A DNA stretch of 64,000 bases, taken from the human T2T-CHM13v2.0 reference genome, Homo sapiens. The notes under the pieces were generated by a model. It saw nothing but the letters and a program-made list of their open reading frames with translations. It had not been told where the DNA came from and ran no database searches. Of this stretch, positions 1 through 10,248 are shown in pieces; position 1 is the first letter of the stretch, and the number at the start of each line of letters is the position of its first letter. Where the stretch lies: the NCBI RefSeq assembly GCF_009914755.1, contig NC_060944.1, one strand, 5' to 3'. The translations under genes and the position numbers were made by a program.

Positions 1-389
1 CGGAAGGTGGCAAGCTAGCGAACCCCATAAGTGCCACTCACATTCCATTGGCCAAAGCAGGTCGTGGTATCTGCCTAATTTCAGGGAGTTGGGGGGCAAT
101 CTTGCTCCGTGCCAGGGAAGGTGGGAACAATTGCAAACAACCCTAATGACTATAGGGGCCATCTGAGCAGAGATCTGGGTAACAGTGAGTGAGGGGGCCC
201 AATGGATGTTTGGGAAGAGTGCATTCCAGGCAGAGGGAACTGCAGAGGTGAATGCCCGGAGGCAGGAGCAAGGAGGGTGTGTTCAAGGGGCAGGGGCAAG
301 TAGCAGGGACAACTGGGAGGGGCAGTAGGGGCACGAGTCAGGTCGGGTCCTATGGGCAACACGAGCACCTGCCTCAGCCCAGTGTCCTC

Positions 390-790
390 TGTTGCTGATG
401 TCCTCTAAAATTCACACCCACACAGAGCCTCAGGATGTGACCTCATTTGGAAGCAGGGTCTTTGCAGATGTGCTGTCGTCAGTTAAAATAAGCTCATCCT
501 GGATTAGGATGAGCCTTAATCCAGTGACTAGTGTCCCCATAAGAAGGCCACATAAAGACACAGATGCAGACAGCCTGGGGAAGACAGAGGCCATGAAATG
601 CCAAAGATTGCCAGGAGCCTCTGAAGCCAGAAGAGGCAAGGAGGGATTCCTCCCTAGAGCCTTTGTAAGAGGACAACCCTGTGGCACCTTGACTTTAGAC
701 TTCTCGCCTCCAGACTGTGAGACAATAAAGCCCTATTGTTTCAAGCCACCCAGTGAGTGGGACTTCGCATCCAGGGCCCTGGTCAGGACA
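390..790 (+). mobile_element. MLT1-family MaLR solo LTR (MLT1B/C-like), inserted into an L2 fragment
   Basis: Typical MLT1 text (gatgtgacctcatttggaagcagggtctttgcagatgt ... gacttctcgcctccagactgtgagacaataaa ... aagccacccagt) flanked by L2-like purine-rich sequence. Confidence 0.75.
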
Positions 791-1553
791 CCAAGGCGCT
801 CTACAAGAAGCAAGAACCACTGGGGTGGGACTTTCAGTGGTGTTTATAAGGCCACTCAGGCTGCCCCTGGAGAGCCGATGGCAGGGGTCAACCTGGAAGC
901 AGGGAGACCAGGTGGAGGCAACAGAATGGTCCACGTGGGAGGTGACGTGAGACTGGACCCAGGGCAGTGGGGAGGGAGGCTGGTGAGAAAAGGCCAGATC
1001 CTCAAGAGTTCATTTTTAAAATCTTTAGAATTTATTTTGGTTTTAACTTTTTGTTGTGAAATGATTATAGATTCACAGGAAGTTGAAAGACGATGTACAG
1101 GGAGGTCCCAAGTGCCCTTCATCCAGTTTCCCCCAAAGGTGATGTCTCGAATAACAAGAACACAGCCTCCAAACCAGGAAGGTGGCAGATTTAGGACTGA
1201 ATTTGGGAAGGGATTATAAAAGGTGTGAGAAAAAGGGGAGTCTCATGAGACTGGCATGCTCTTGGCCCAAGCCCCTGGAAGAAGGGAGGGACTGTTTACC
1301 AAGGTAGGGAAACTGAGGCAATGGAGCATAAGCTGGGAAATAGAGGGTGGAAGACAAAATGCAGTTTCGTTTAGCAGATATTGTATGAAATCCCTACTTG
1401 ACACCAAAAGGAAGGTGTCAGGTGGGCAGCAGAGGTCTGGCCTAGGCTTGATCAATTGATCAGTTGGAAGAGATGAGCTCTGGGCTAGTGAGGGAGGGAG
1501 TAGGGCCCAGGCAGGTTCAAAGCCCTGCCTCTGTCACTTAATGCACAGCTGGG

Positions 1554-1879
1554 GCTCAGGACACAGCTTTGCACACCCTAAGTGCTCAATAAATGCTAGC
1601 TCAGGGCAGAGCTTTGCATACCCTAAGTACTCAATAAATGCTAGCTCAGGGCAGAGCTTTGCATACCCTAAGTACTCAATAAATGCTAGCTCAGGGCAGA
1701 GCTTTGCATACCCTAAGTGCTCAATAAATGCTAGCTCAGGGCAGAGCTTTGCATACCCTAAGTGCTCAATAAATGCTAGCTCAGGGCAGAGCTTTGCATA
1801 CCCTAAGTACTCAATAAATGCTAGCTCAGGACAGAGCTTTGCATACCCTAAGTGCTCAATAAATGCTAGCTCAGGGCAG
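1554..1879 (+). repeat. Minisatellite, 45-bp unit, about 7.2 copies (GCTCAGGGCAGAGCTTTGCATACCCTAAGT[A/G]CTCAATAAATGCTA)
   Basis: Directly visible. AATAAA recurs at 1588, 1633, 1678, 1723, 1768, 1813 and 1858, and both ORF translations show 15-aa periodicity. Confidence 0.97.
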
Positions 1880-3129
1880 TGGTCCAGACAGTAATGTAAG
1901 CTTGGGTGTCCCCAGTGTAGAGATGGCATTTAAAGCCAGAAGACTGGATGAGCTCGCCTGGGGAAAGTGTGTACAGCCTGACAAGCAATGTGAAGGTGGC
2001 CTCTGTGTTCCACTGAGAGGTCAGGGGAATGAAACGGAGACTGTGCAGGAGTACCCGGTAAGGAAGGATCTGGAAGACGCTTGGGCAGGAAGAATGGGGA
2101 CACCAACAGGGTATGGGGTCCCGGAAAACAGGGGAGGAAAATAGAGGGAGCAAACTCCGTGTCCGTTGCTCTGCAGATGGACCTAAGAACACACTATCTA
2201 TCCACTGGCTTTGACAATGATGAGGTCATTGGCAAATATATATGTAATACCATGTCTGGGGGTGATGAGTATTTCAAAGCCAAAAATAAAGCATCCAGTG
2301 GAAACAAAGCCTGTTTTACTCATGACAGCACAAGCTCAGAGAGGCTGAATAACCCGCCCAGGGATACCCGGCTTGGAAGCAACAAAGTAGAATCTGAACC
2401 CAGGTGAGGATGACGGGGAGTTGGGAGGCTGAGCCTCTGCAGATACGGTGCCCCCAAGTTAGATGGGAGGGGTCAGAGGCCAGCAAAAGCGATGGGCCTG
2501 TTCACATCTGGAATTAACTTCACCTGGAGTCCCCCAGACGGGCCAGAAGTCAAGAAACCCAGCCTCCCAGGACCAGATCAGCACCAGGGGGTTCACTTTG
2601 GTTTTTTAACAACTAGTGTTTAAAAGAACAAATTTTCCCCCACCCGCCGCTATTTTACCTTAACTCCCTTTAACGTTTGGCTTTCCTGCATTCTTGAGCG
2701 GGGTTTCCCGGAGTTCACCCATCTATAATTTGAATGGTTCTATAAAAGAAACCATTAAAGCTGAGCCCCTAGGAATTGTGTTTCCCCCACTAGAAGGCTT
2801 TTAGGGCAAAATAAAAATGCCTGGCCTGAAAAGCTGATGCTGTTCCAGATACCTTAAATCCACGCGCTGCAAAAAGTCTCTCTGTACCTCTGAGTGAAGG
2901 TGTCTGGCTTGCCTTGGGCAGCTGTCAGGACAGCCACATCCAGGGAGCCACAGCCTCAGCTGAGAAATGTCAGGACAGAGGGGCAAGAAGTGAGTCTCAA
3001 GGGTGTTTAAACCCGCATCTGCCACTAACCAGCCTGTGTGGGCTGAGAGAGGCAAGTTGTATGCTGGGGCCTGAATTTCCTCATCTGTAAAATGGGGATG
3101 ATGCCATGAGACTCATCTGTCCCCCCTTT

Positions 3130-3355
3130 CCGTGATAGCCAACCGGATTTTCATTAAGGCAGTTGTGCCTTACATAGCCTCCACCCTGGCCTTAGAGGTG
3201 GGGCCTGTGGTTTAATAAAAGGCAACTAATCCTCTGGCTACAGTGATTAGTTCAGGGATGAGCACATGACCCATTCTGGCCAATAAATGAAGGAGAAGTA
3301 TCCTGGAGGTTTCTGGAAAAGAAGCCTCCCACTCTAGTGTCCAGAAGGAAGCCTG

Positions 3356-3393
<38 letters not shown>

Positions 3394-3620
3394 ACGATTG
3401 AGGGAGGAGGGATAGATGGAGCCACAGAAACAGCCACCATCTGGCAACCACAGGTGACCATGTTTCCAAAGAGGCCACCCTGGTAGAAGGCAGAACAGAG
3501 ACCGGGTCTCTCCTGACATTGCTAAGTCACTGGATCAAGCCAGCCCTGAAGCCCGCATTCCCACCCCAGCCACTAAGATGAAAAACCCTTCGATTTCTTA
3601 GTCTGAACTGGTATTTTGGG
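3130..3620 (+). mobile_element. Old MLT1 (H/J/K-like) LTR fragment containing a (TC)n microsatellite at 3358-3391
   Basis: gtgattagttcagggatgagcacatgacccattctggccaat is typical of old MLT1 LTRs. The (TC)17 run is directly visible. Confidence 0.6.
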
Positions 3621-3839
3621 TTGTTCTTGCCCCTTTCCTAGAGACTTGGGGACAGGGAGCATGGTGCCAGCCATCTGGAACCTGACGTGGAACAGGTACT
3701 CTGAGGACAGGTATGGAATCTTCCCCTTTGTCACCAAGTTTGGAAAAAGGTTCAGATTTTTAACCTAAAGGCTGAACAACACCACAGCAGACACTTATTC
3801 ACCTTCAACAACAACAACAACAAAGGGATACAGAAAATA

Positions 3840-4445
3840 CACTGGCAATTCCTAAAAAAAGTTTAATATGTAGTCTTCACGTGACCCAACAATTCCACTC
3901 CTAGGCGTGTACCCACGAGAACTGAAAACACGGGTTCACATGAAAAACTTGTACACAAGAGTTGGCAGCAGCATTATTTATGATGGCCAAAAAGTGGAAA
4001 CAACCCGATGTCCATTAACAAATGAATGGATAAACAAAATATGGTGAATCCATATAGTGGAATATTGTTTGCCATAAAAAGGAGTCATTTTCTGATCCAT
4101 GATACAACACGGACAAACCTTCAACTCGTTACACGAAATGGAAGAAGCCAGATACAAAAGCCACACATTGAATGATCCTATTTCTATGAAATGTCCGGAA
4201 CAGGTAAATCCATAGAAACAGAAAGTAGCTTACTGGTTGCCTAGAGCTAGGGGTTGGGGGAGCAGAGAGTGGCTCTTAAGGGATATTTCGGAGTGATACG
4301 GAAACGTTCTAGAATCAGACAATGGGATGGCTGCACAACAATGAGAATATACTAAAAAAAAAAAAAAAAAATCACCAAATTGCACTCTTTGAAATGGTGA
4401 GTTTTATGTTAGGAAAATTAGATCTCACATTTTTTAAAAAACTAA
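3840..4445 (+). mobile_element. L1M (L1MB-like) 3' end fragment
   Basis: acccaacaattccactcctagg, aaaagtggaaacaacccgatgtccat, gaatggataaacaaaatatgg and an A-rich end are characteristic of the L1 ORF2 end and 3' UTR. Confidence 0.85.
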
Positions 4446-5154
4446 AAAGCAAAACAGGGGTGGGAATGACCCACTCACTGTGCCTTAGAGGGACAGTTTG
4501 TATAAATAAACAGTAAGGATGCCTACCGCAGTGTCTGGCTGTTTACCCAATAAATGCCTGCCTCACCAGCAGCAGACTAGGAGCTCATGGCCCACCCCAT
4601 CCTCAACACAGCCCCAGGGCAGATGCTGCAACCTCACTTTGCAAAGGAGGAACAAGACTCTGAGTGAGGAAGGCCTTTGAGCTGGTCCACGGCAAGGCCA
4701 AGATTCGAACCCTGGTCTGTCAAAACCAAAGCCTGCATTCTCTGCCACGACAACCACAAGCTCTCGTGCTGCAAACACACCCAAGGCCTCCCTTCCGTCT
4801 GGGTTTACAGTCAGTACTCAACTAGGGTCAAAGCTCCCCAGAAGGGGGTGGGACCTACACATGAGCTTGGAGGTCAGCACCCCAGGGGTGGGGAGGGGAC
4901 AACTTCTTCCAACAGCTAGGTCTTTTTGTCCCTGTTATTCCTTGAAATGTCAAATGCCTGACTATAGTCATTTGGAAGAAATTGGACTGAAATACTCTGA
5001 ACTCAGTTATCTGACTTTTTCTTGGGGTACAGGGGGCTCTGAAAACAATACCTGATGACTGCAAACAGAGGAAATCACAGAGAAGAACGTAGGCCCTGGA
5101 ACATCTTGCTCAGAGCCCATTTGCGGGCAGCGACCTCCCATCCATCCCCAGGCG

Positions 5155-5307
5155 CCAGCACCGGCTATACAATCTGCAAGGCCCGGTGCAAAATGAAAAT
5201 GTGGGGCCTCTTGTTCAAAAGTGATTCATCATTTCAAGGTGGGGGCAGCAGAAGCAAACCCAGCACAGGGCCCTTCTAAGTTCACCCACACCTGTGAGGC
5301 TGGCCCC
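5155..5307. mobile_element. MER45-family hAT-Tip100 DNA transposon fragment
   Basis: ggcccggtgcaaaatgaaaatgtggggcc resembles the MER45/MER91-type terminal sequence. Confidence 0.55.
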
Positions 5308-5559
5308 ATCGCACACGCGTGACGCAGAGACAGGGTGCCATTCCACATGATTGGGACTGCACCGTCAATCCTGTTTCATATCACTCTGCCCTTTACGTAA
5401 TATATTGCAGACATATTTCCACGTCGATGAAACACACACTGACCTTCTCCCTGGTGGCCACAGAGGAGCTTCCCATCTGGAAACACTGAGATAGAAGCAT
5501 CCTTTGCCTCGTCCTCCTCTCCTAACGTAGGTTCTGTGTCCCAGGCTTGAACAACTAAC

Positions 5560-5886
5560 TTGTTTTTTCATTAATTCATTCAGCAACTGTTTATTGAGCA
5601 CCTACTGTGTGCCAGGGGCTGGGGCACATCGGTGAATGAGAACACGACCACCCTGGGAGCTGACTGGCGAGGGAGATCAGCTCAGGGGTGCACAGTGCTG
5701 TGTCTGATGGTGGCAAGGACTAGGAAGAACCTAGGACAGGGTGGCAGGGACATGACAGTGGGGCACAGTGTACAGGGCAGAGTGAGCCATGGGAGGCTTT
5801 GGGGAGGAAATGTTCCTGGCAGAGGGAATGGCACATGCCAGGTTCATGAGAAATACACGGTGTGTGTCAGCACAGTGAAGAGGCCA
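5560..5886 (-). mobile_element. L2 3' fragment
   Basis: ttcattcagcaactgtttattgagcacctactgtgtgccagg is the antisense L2 tail, followed by gttcctggcagagggaatggca. Confidence 0.75.
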
Positions 5887-6250
5887 GTGAGGCTGGAGAA
5901 GTGAGCCAGGAACCAGAGGGGTTGAGGCTGGAGATAGTGAGCGAGGAACCGGAGGGGGTGAAGCTGGAGAGAGTGAGCCAGGAATCAGAGGAGGTGAGGC
6001 CAGAGAGAGTGAGCGAGGAACCAGAGGGGGTGAGGCTGGAGAGAGTGACCGAGGAACCAGAGGAGGTGAGGCTGGAGAGAGTGAGCCAGGAACCAGAGGA
6101 GGTGAGGCCAGAGTGAGTGAGGAGCTTGAAGGGGTGAGGCTGGAGACAGTGAGCGAGGAACCAGAGGGGGTGAGGCTGGAGAGCGTGAGTGAGGAGCCCG
6201 AGGGGGTGAGGCTGGAGAGAGTGAGTGAGGAGCCCAAGGGGGTGAAGCCG
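5887..6250 (+). repeat. Purine-rich minisatellite, about 36-bp unit, about 10 copies (GTGAGGCTGGAGAGAGTGAGCGAGGAACCAGAGGGG)
   Basis: Directly visible, with 12-aa periodicity (EEPEGVRLERVS) in the ORF track. Confidence 0.95.
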
Positions 6251-6634
6251 AGGTGGGTATGGGGCTGGGTCACCTGGGGTCTCCCAGCCCAGTGGGGGAT
6301 TTGGGCAGGGGGCGACGTGGCCAGGGTTCTGTGGTGGGAGACCCATTCTGAATGCCGTGTGGGGAACCAACAAGGCTGGGAGAGAGAGTGGTGGTCCAGA
6401 AGCGCGTCCGCTCCTGCCCGCCCCTCCTCCAGGCCCCACCACGCTCAGGGCCGGCCTCCCTGGGATCCTCACACATACTACCCTCCTCCTCCAACAAGCT
6501 CAACAACTTAGGGGAAGGATGGTCTCCTGCACCCACTGCTCCTGCACAGAAGCCAGCTTTAACGCTGGCTCCAAAGCTTGTTCACCAGACAGGCCACAGC
6601 CAGCATGGTGGGCCTGCCCACTCCAGCGCAGTGG

Positions 6635-6795
6635 GCATCGGGGCTGCCTCGGGCATGGTGGGATGTTTAGCAGTACCCTTGGCCTCTTCTCACTAATGCC
6701 AGTAGCACCTCTCCATGTCATGACAACCAAATATGTCTCCAGACATTGCTACATGTCCCCTGGGAGGAAAACCATCCCTGGTCAAGAGCCATGGC
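6635..6795 (-). mobile_element. MER20 (hAT-Charlie)
   Basis: gatgtttagcag...tgccagtagcacc...tgacaaccaaatatgtctccagacattgc is the reverse complement of the MER20 core. Confidence 0.85.
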
Positions 6796-7150
6796 TGTAC
6801 AAACACACTCCCTAAACAAGCCAAGAAAGGAAGATGTGTAAAGGTGAGTCATCGCAGCCGAGTCTGACCTACAAAACCCAAGAGAGAATGTAGTGCTTTA
6901 TCAAGAAGAGATTAATAAACTTAGAAGGTGCATCATGAAGCATCAACCAGTGCCTGAAGATTCATTTACTGAACACGTGTTCATGCCTCGGGTACTGAGC
7001 CCAGCACTACCGTGTGCTCTGGGGTGCTCCAGAGGCAAGACAGGCGCAGGCTCTGGTGGGGCCAACAGAAGGAAAGTTCCCTCCCATGAGCCACTAAATG
7101 AGGAGGAGCATGCAAATTAGCCTGATTACACCTAGGAAGAAAGAAATGTA

Positions 7151-7468
7151 GACCAGGTGTGGTGGCTAACGCCTATAATCCCAGCACTTTGGGAGGCCGA
7201 GGCAGGCAGGTCACTTGAGGTCAGGAGTTTGAGACCAGCCTGGCCAACATGGAGAAACCCCGTGTTGTAGAGACTAAAAACCCCGTGTTAGTAGAGACTA
7301 AAAACACAAAGAAAATTAGCTGGACGTCATGGTGCACGCCTGTAATCCCAGCTACTTGGGAGGCTGAGGCACAAGAATCGCTTGAACCCGGGAGACAGAG
7401 GTTGCAGTGAGCCGGAGATCATGTCACGGCGCTCCAGCCTGGGTGACAGAGTGAGACTCCACCTAAAA
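7151..7468 (+). mobile_element. AluS (Sx/Sz-like) with a rearranged central region
   Basis: Full dimeric Alu text, with an anomalous duplication/inversion at 7255-7305. Confidence 0.93.
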
Positions 7469-8100
7469 CATATATATATATAATATATACTATAATATAT
7501 AATATATATAATATACTATATATTGTATATTTTTATATTATAGTATATATATGTTTTTATATATTATACATATTTTATATATTATAGATATAAAATATAC
7601 ATATACCATATATTATATAGTATATATAGTATAGATAGTATACATACTATATATTATATATTTTCTATTATAGTATATTATATAATATAGTATATACCAC
7701 ATAATATAGTATATTATATAATTGTATATTATTGTATATGTAATATATATTATATATAATATATAATATAGCATATTATAGTATATTATATAATATATAT
7801 TTATATCTAAATTTATATATTTATTTATATTTATAAATTTATATAATATATACATATTATACTATATATTATATTATATACAATATATACTTATACATAG
7901 ATATATAATATATACTATATATTATATATAGTATATATACTATTACATATTATATACTATTATATTATATAATAGTATATAGCATATATACTATAGTATA
8001 TATAGTATATATACTATAATATATATAGTATATATTATATATAAAATATAGAAGACATATTAATATATATTATGTATTTTTTATGTGTATATATATATAA
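7469..8100. repeat. Degenerate (TA)n AT-rich tract, about 630 bp
   Basis: Almost purely A/T sequence starting at the Alu tail. Confidence 0.97.
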
Positions 8101-8479
8101 AGCACATACTAACGTAGGTGCTCGTGTACAGATGTAACATGTATTTTGTTCTAATACCCCAGGAAGGGCTGAGAAAGGTTATTTTGCAGGAGAACAATTC
8201 CTTTTCATTTTATGTTATAAAATATCAGATTTAGTCAGTGCGCGTAACTATTTACTTTGATTATTTGTATTTAAATGTCCCGGACAAGTCACACTGGCTA
8301 GGGAGCCAGCCTGCATCTGTAAGGCATAGGGGCGAGGTGAGTGAACAAATTGATGTAGGCAGGAAGGCAGGACCTGCATCATATTTTAACCATAAAATCT
8401 GTATCTTTGAGAAAGTTTGAAAATATATTTTAGCAGAGGTTTAATAGTTTTTTTTTAAAGCCTGCAGATTTGCCCAAGA

Positions 8480-8640
8480 ATAGCAGATTTTGAAAAAAAA
8501 AAACAAAAACAGGGTGCCTGATTGAATTTGAATTTCAGATAAACATATAATGTTTGCAATACGAGGGACATGCTGAACTAAGCGATTCTTTGTTGTTTGT
8601 CTAAATTCAAATTTAACTCGGCATCTTGTATTCTATCTCC
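8480..8640. mobile_element. MER53 (palindromic hAT MITE)
   Basis: Inverted arms gaatttgaatttcagataaaca and tgtttgtctaaattcaaattt match MER53. Confidence 0.8.
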
Positions 8641-8996
8641 AAGAGATTCTCCTTAAGGGTGGGATAGAAAGGCTTTCCTGCGGTATAATAACTGAGCTCT
8701 CTGCAGGCTGCAGCTGCCAGGTGGGAAAGGGGCCCGGCCTACCTGACAGGCAGGTAGAGGGGCCCAGAGGTCATGGCTTTGCTGGTTTCTTCATTGGGAC
8801 TCAGTGCTTGTCTCTCTGTGGTGTGTTTTGTTGCTTTTGGAAGTCTTAGTTTTTAAGTTACCATACAGTAAAATCCACCCCTTTTGGTATGCCCATCTGT
8901 AAGCACTAGCGCGTGTACAGACGCCGGTACCCAGCTTCAATCGGGATACAGAGCAGCTCCACGCCACAAAGAACTCTCTGAGCTGCCTTTTAGCTC

Positions 8997-9190
8997 AGTG
9001 GCTCCCAACTGGGGTGATGCTGCTCCCCAAGAGACATGTGGCAATGTTTGAGACATTTTTGGTTGTCGTAACTGAGGAGTTGCTACTGGCATTGAGTGGG
9101 TGGAGGCCAGGGAAGCTGTCAACATCCTACGATGCATAGGACGGCCCCCAACTGAGAACTACCCAGTAGTGCCAAGGCTGGGAAACTCCG
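8997..9190 (+). mobile_element. MER20, near full length, inserted in an old L1 fragment
   Basis: cagtggctcccaactgggg...ggcaatgtttgagacatttttggttgtc...gccaaggctgggaaac. Confidence 0.88.
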
Positions 9191-10029
9191 CTTTGTAGTC
9201 ACATGGCTCCGACCGCCGGCCTCTGGCAAGACACTGACCCACTCACATCACTATAACTGCATTTTCTAGATATTTCATACCAATGGACTCCTGCACTCTT
9301 TTGCATTGGCTTATTCCAACCTGCACAATACCTTTGAGATCATCCACGTAGCTGCATTTCAATAGTTCATTCCTTTTTGCTGTATGTAAGTAGCATAATT
9401 TGTTTATCCATCCATCTGGTGGCTTCCAGCTTTGGTGATTACTCATATAATGAGAGACATCATGTGCAGGTTTTGGGGTGAACTTACCTTGGCATTTTCT
9501 GATGTAAAGCAGAAATTGAGTCCTTTACATTGCCAAAACCAGCCCTTTGCACGCTGTAGGCGCCCTCTGTTCACAAAGCATCACAGCTACTATTGTCTGA
9601 AGAGGCCAGGAAAGCTGTCTGACCAGACCTTTGCTCCGATGGTCCAGAGCAGATTGGAGAAGGCCCAATCGTTGCAGGGAGGTGAGGCAGAAGTGGCTGG
9701 TGCGGACCCCACAGCCATGCCCAGCCCCCTCGTGCCTGACCTTCCTCCGTCCATGAACGCTGCACATTAGACCCTTTCCAGCATCCCCTGCAGCTCCTGC
9801 TGGGGATGGATGCTGCAGGCTTCTCAGAAGTGTCTTCTCCCCAAAAAAGGCAGGCACATGATGAGATAAACATCCTTCCTCCTTGCCTACTGCATTTTCC
9901 TTCCATGCTTGTGGACATGGAGGCAGCCACATTGCCAACCATGATGAGAGAGCCTCAGGACAAAATGTCAACACTGTCAAGATGATGGGGCCGGAAGGGA
10001 AAAAGCCTCGAGTCTATTGATACTCTAGC

Positions 10030-10248
10030 CCAGGGGCCAACAAACTACAGCCTGCAGGCCATATCCAGCCCACTGCCTGTTCTTGCAAATAAAACTTTAT
10101 TGGAACACAGTCGATGCACAGTCAGGAACGCATGATCTGTGGCTACTCTCACACTAAACAGCAGGCAAAAACGAACGCCTGACGCTCAAAGCCTAAAATA
10201 TGTACTCTCTGGTACTTTACTGAAGATGAAAACCTTTGCTGACCCTGA
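10030..10248 (+). mobile_element. MER58A (hAT-Charlie)
   Basis: caggggccaacaaactacagcctgcaggcc...aaataaaactttattggaacacag...tttgctgaccctg. Confidence 0.85.

Noticed and set aside
392-1219. 275-aa ORF
   Set aside because: It runs across MLT1, L2 and antisense L1 fragments with no recognisable domain, so it is a chance open frame.
1554-1879. CRISPR-like appearance of the regular direct repeats (also 5887-6250, 32207-32372, 34123-35048)
   Set aside because: The units are head-to-tail with no unique spacers, there are no cas genes, and the DNA is human intronic sequence.
7613-7855. Tyr/Ile-rich ORF
   Set aside because: It is a translation of the TA-rich low-complexity tract.
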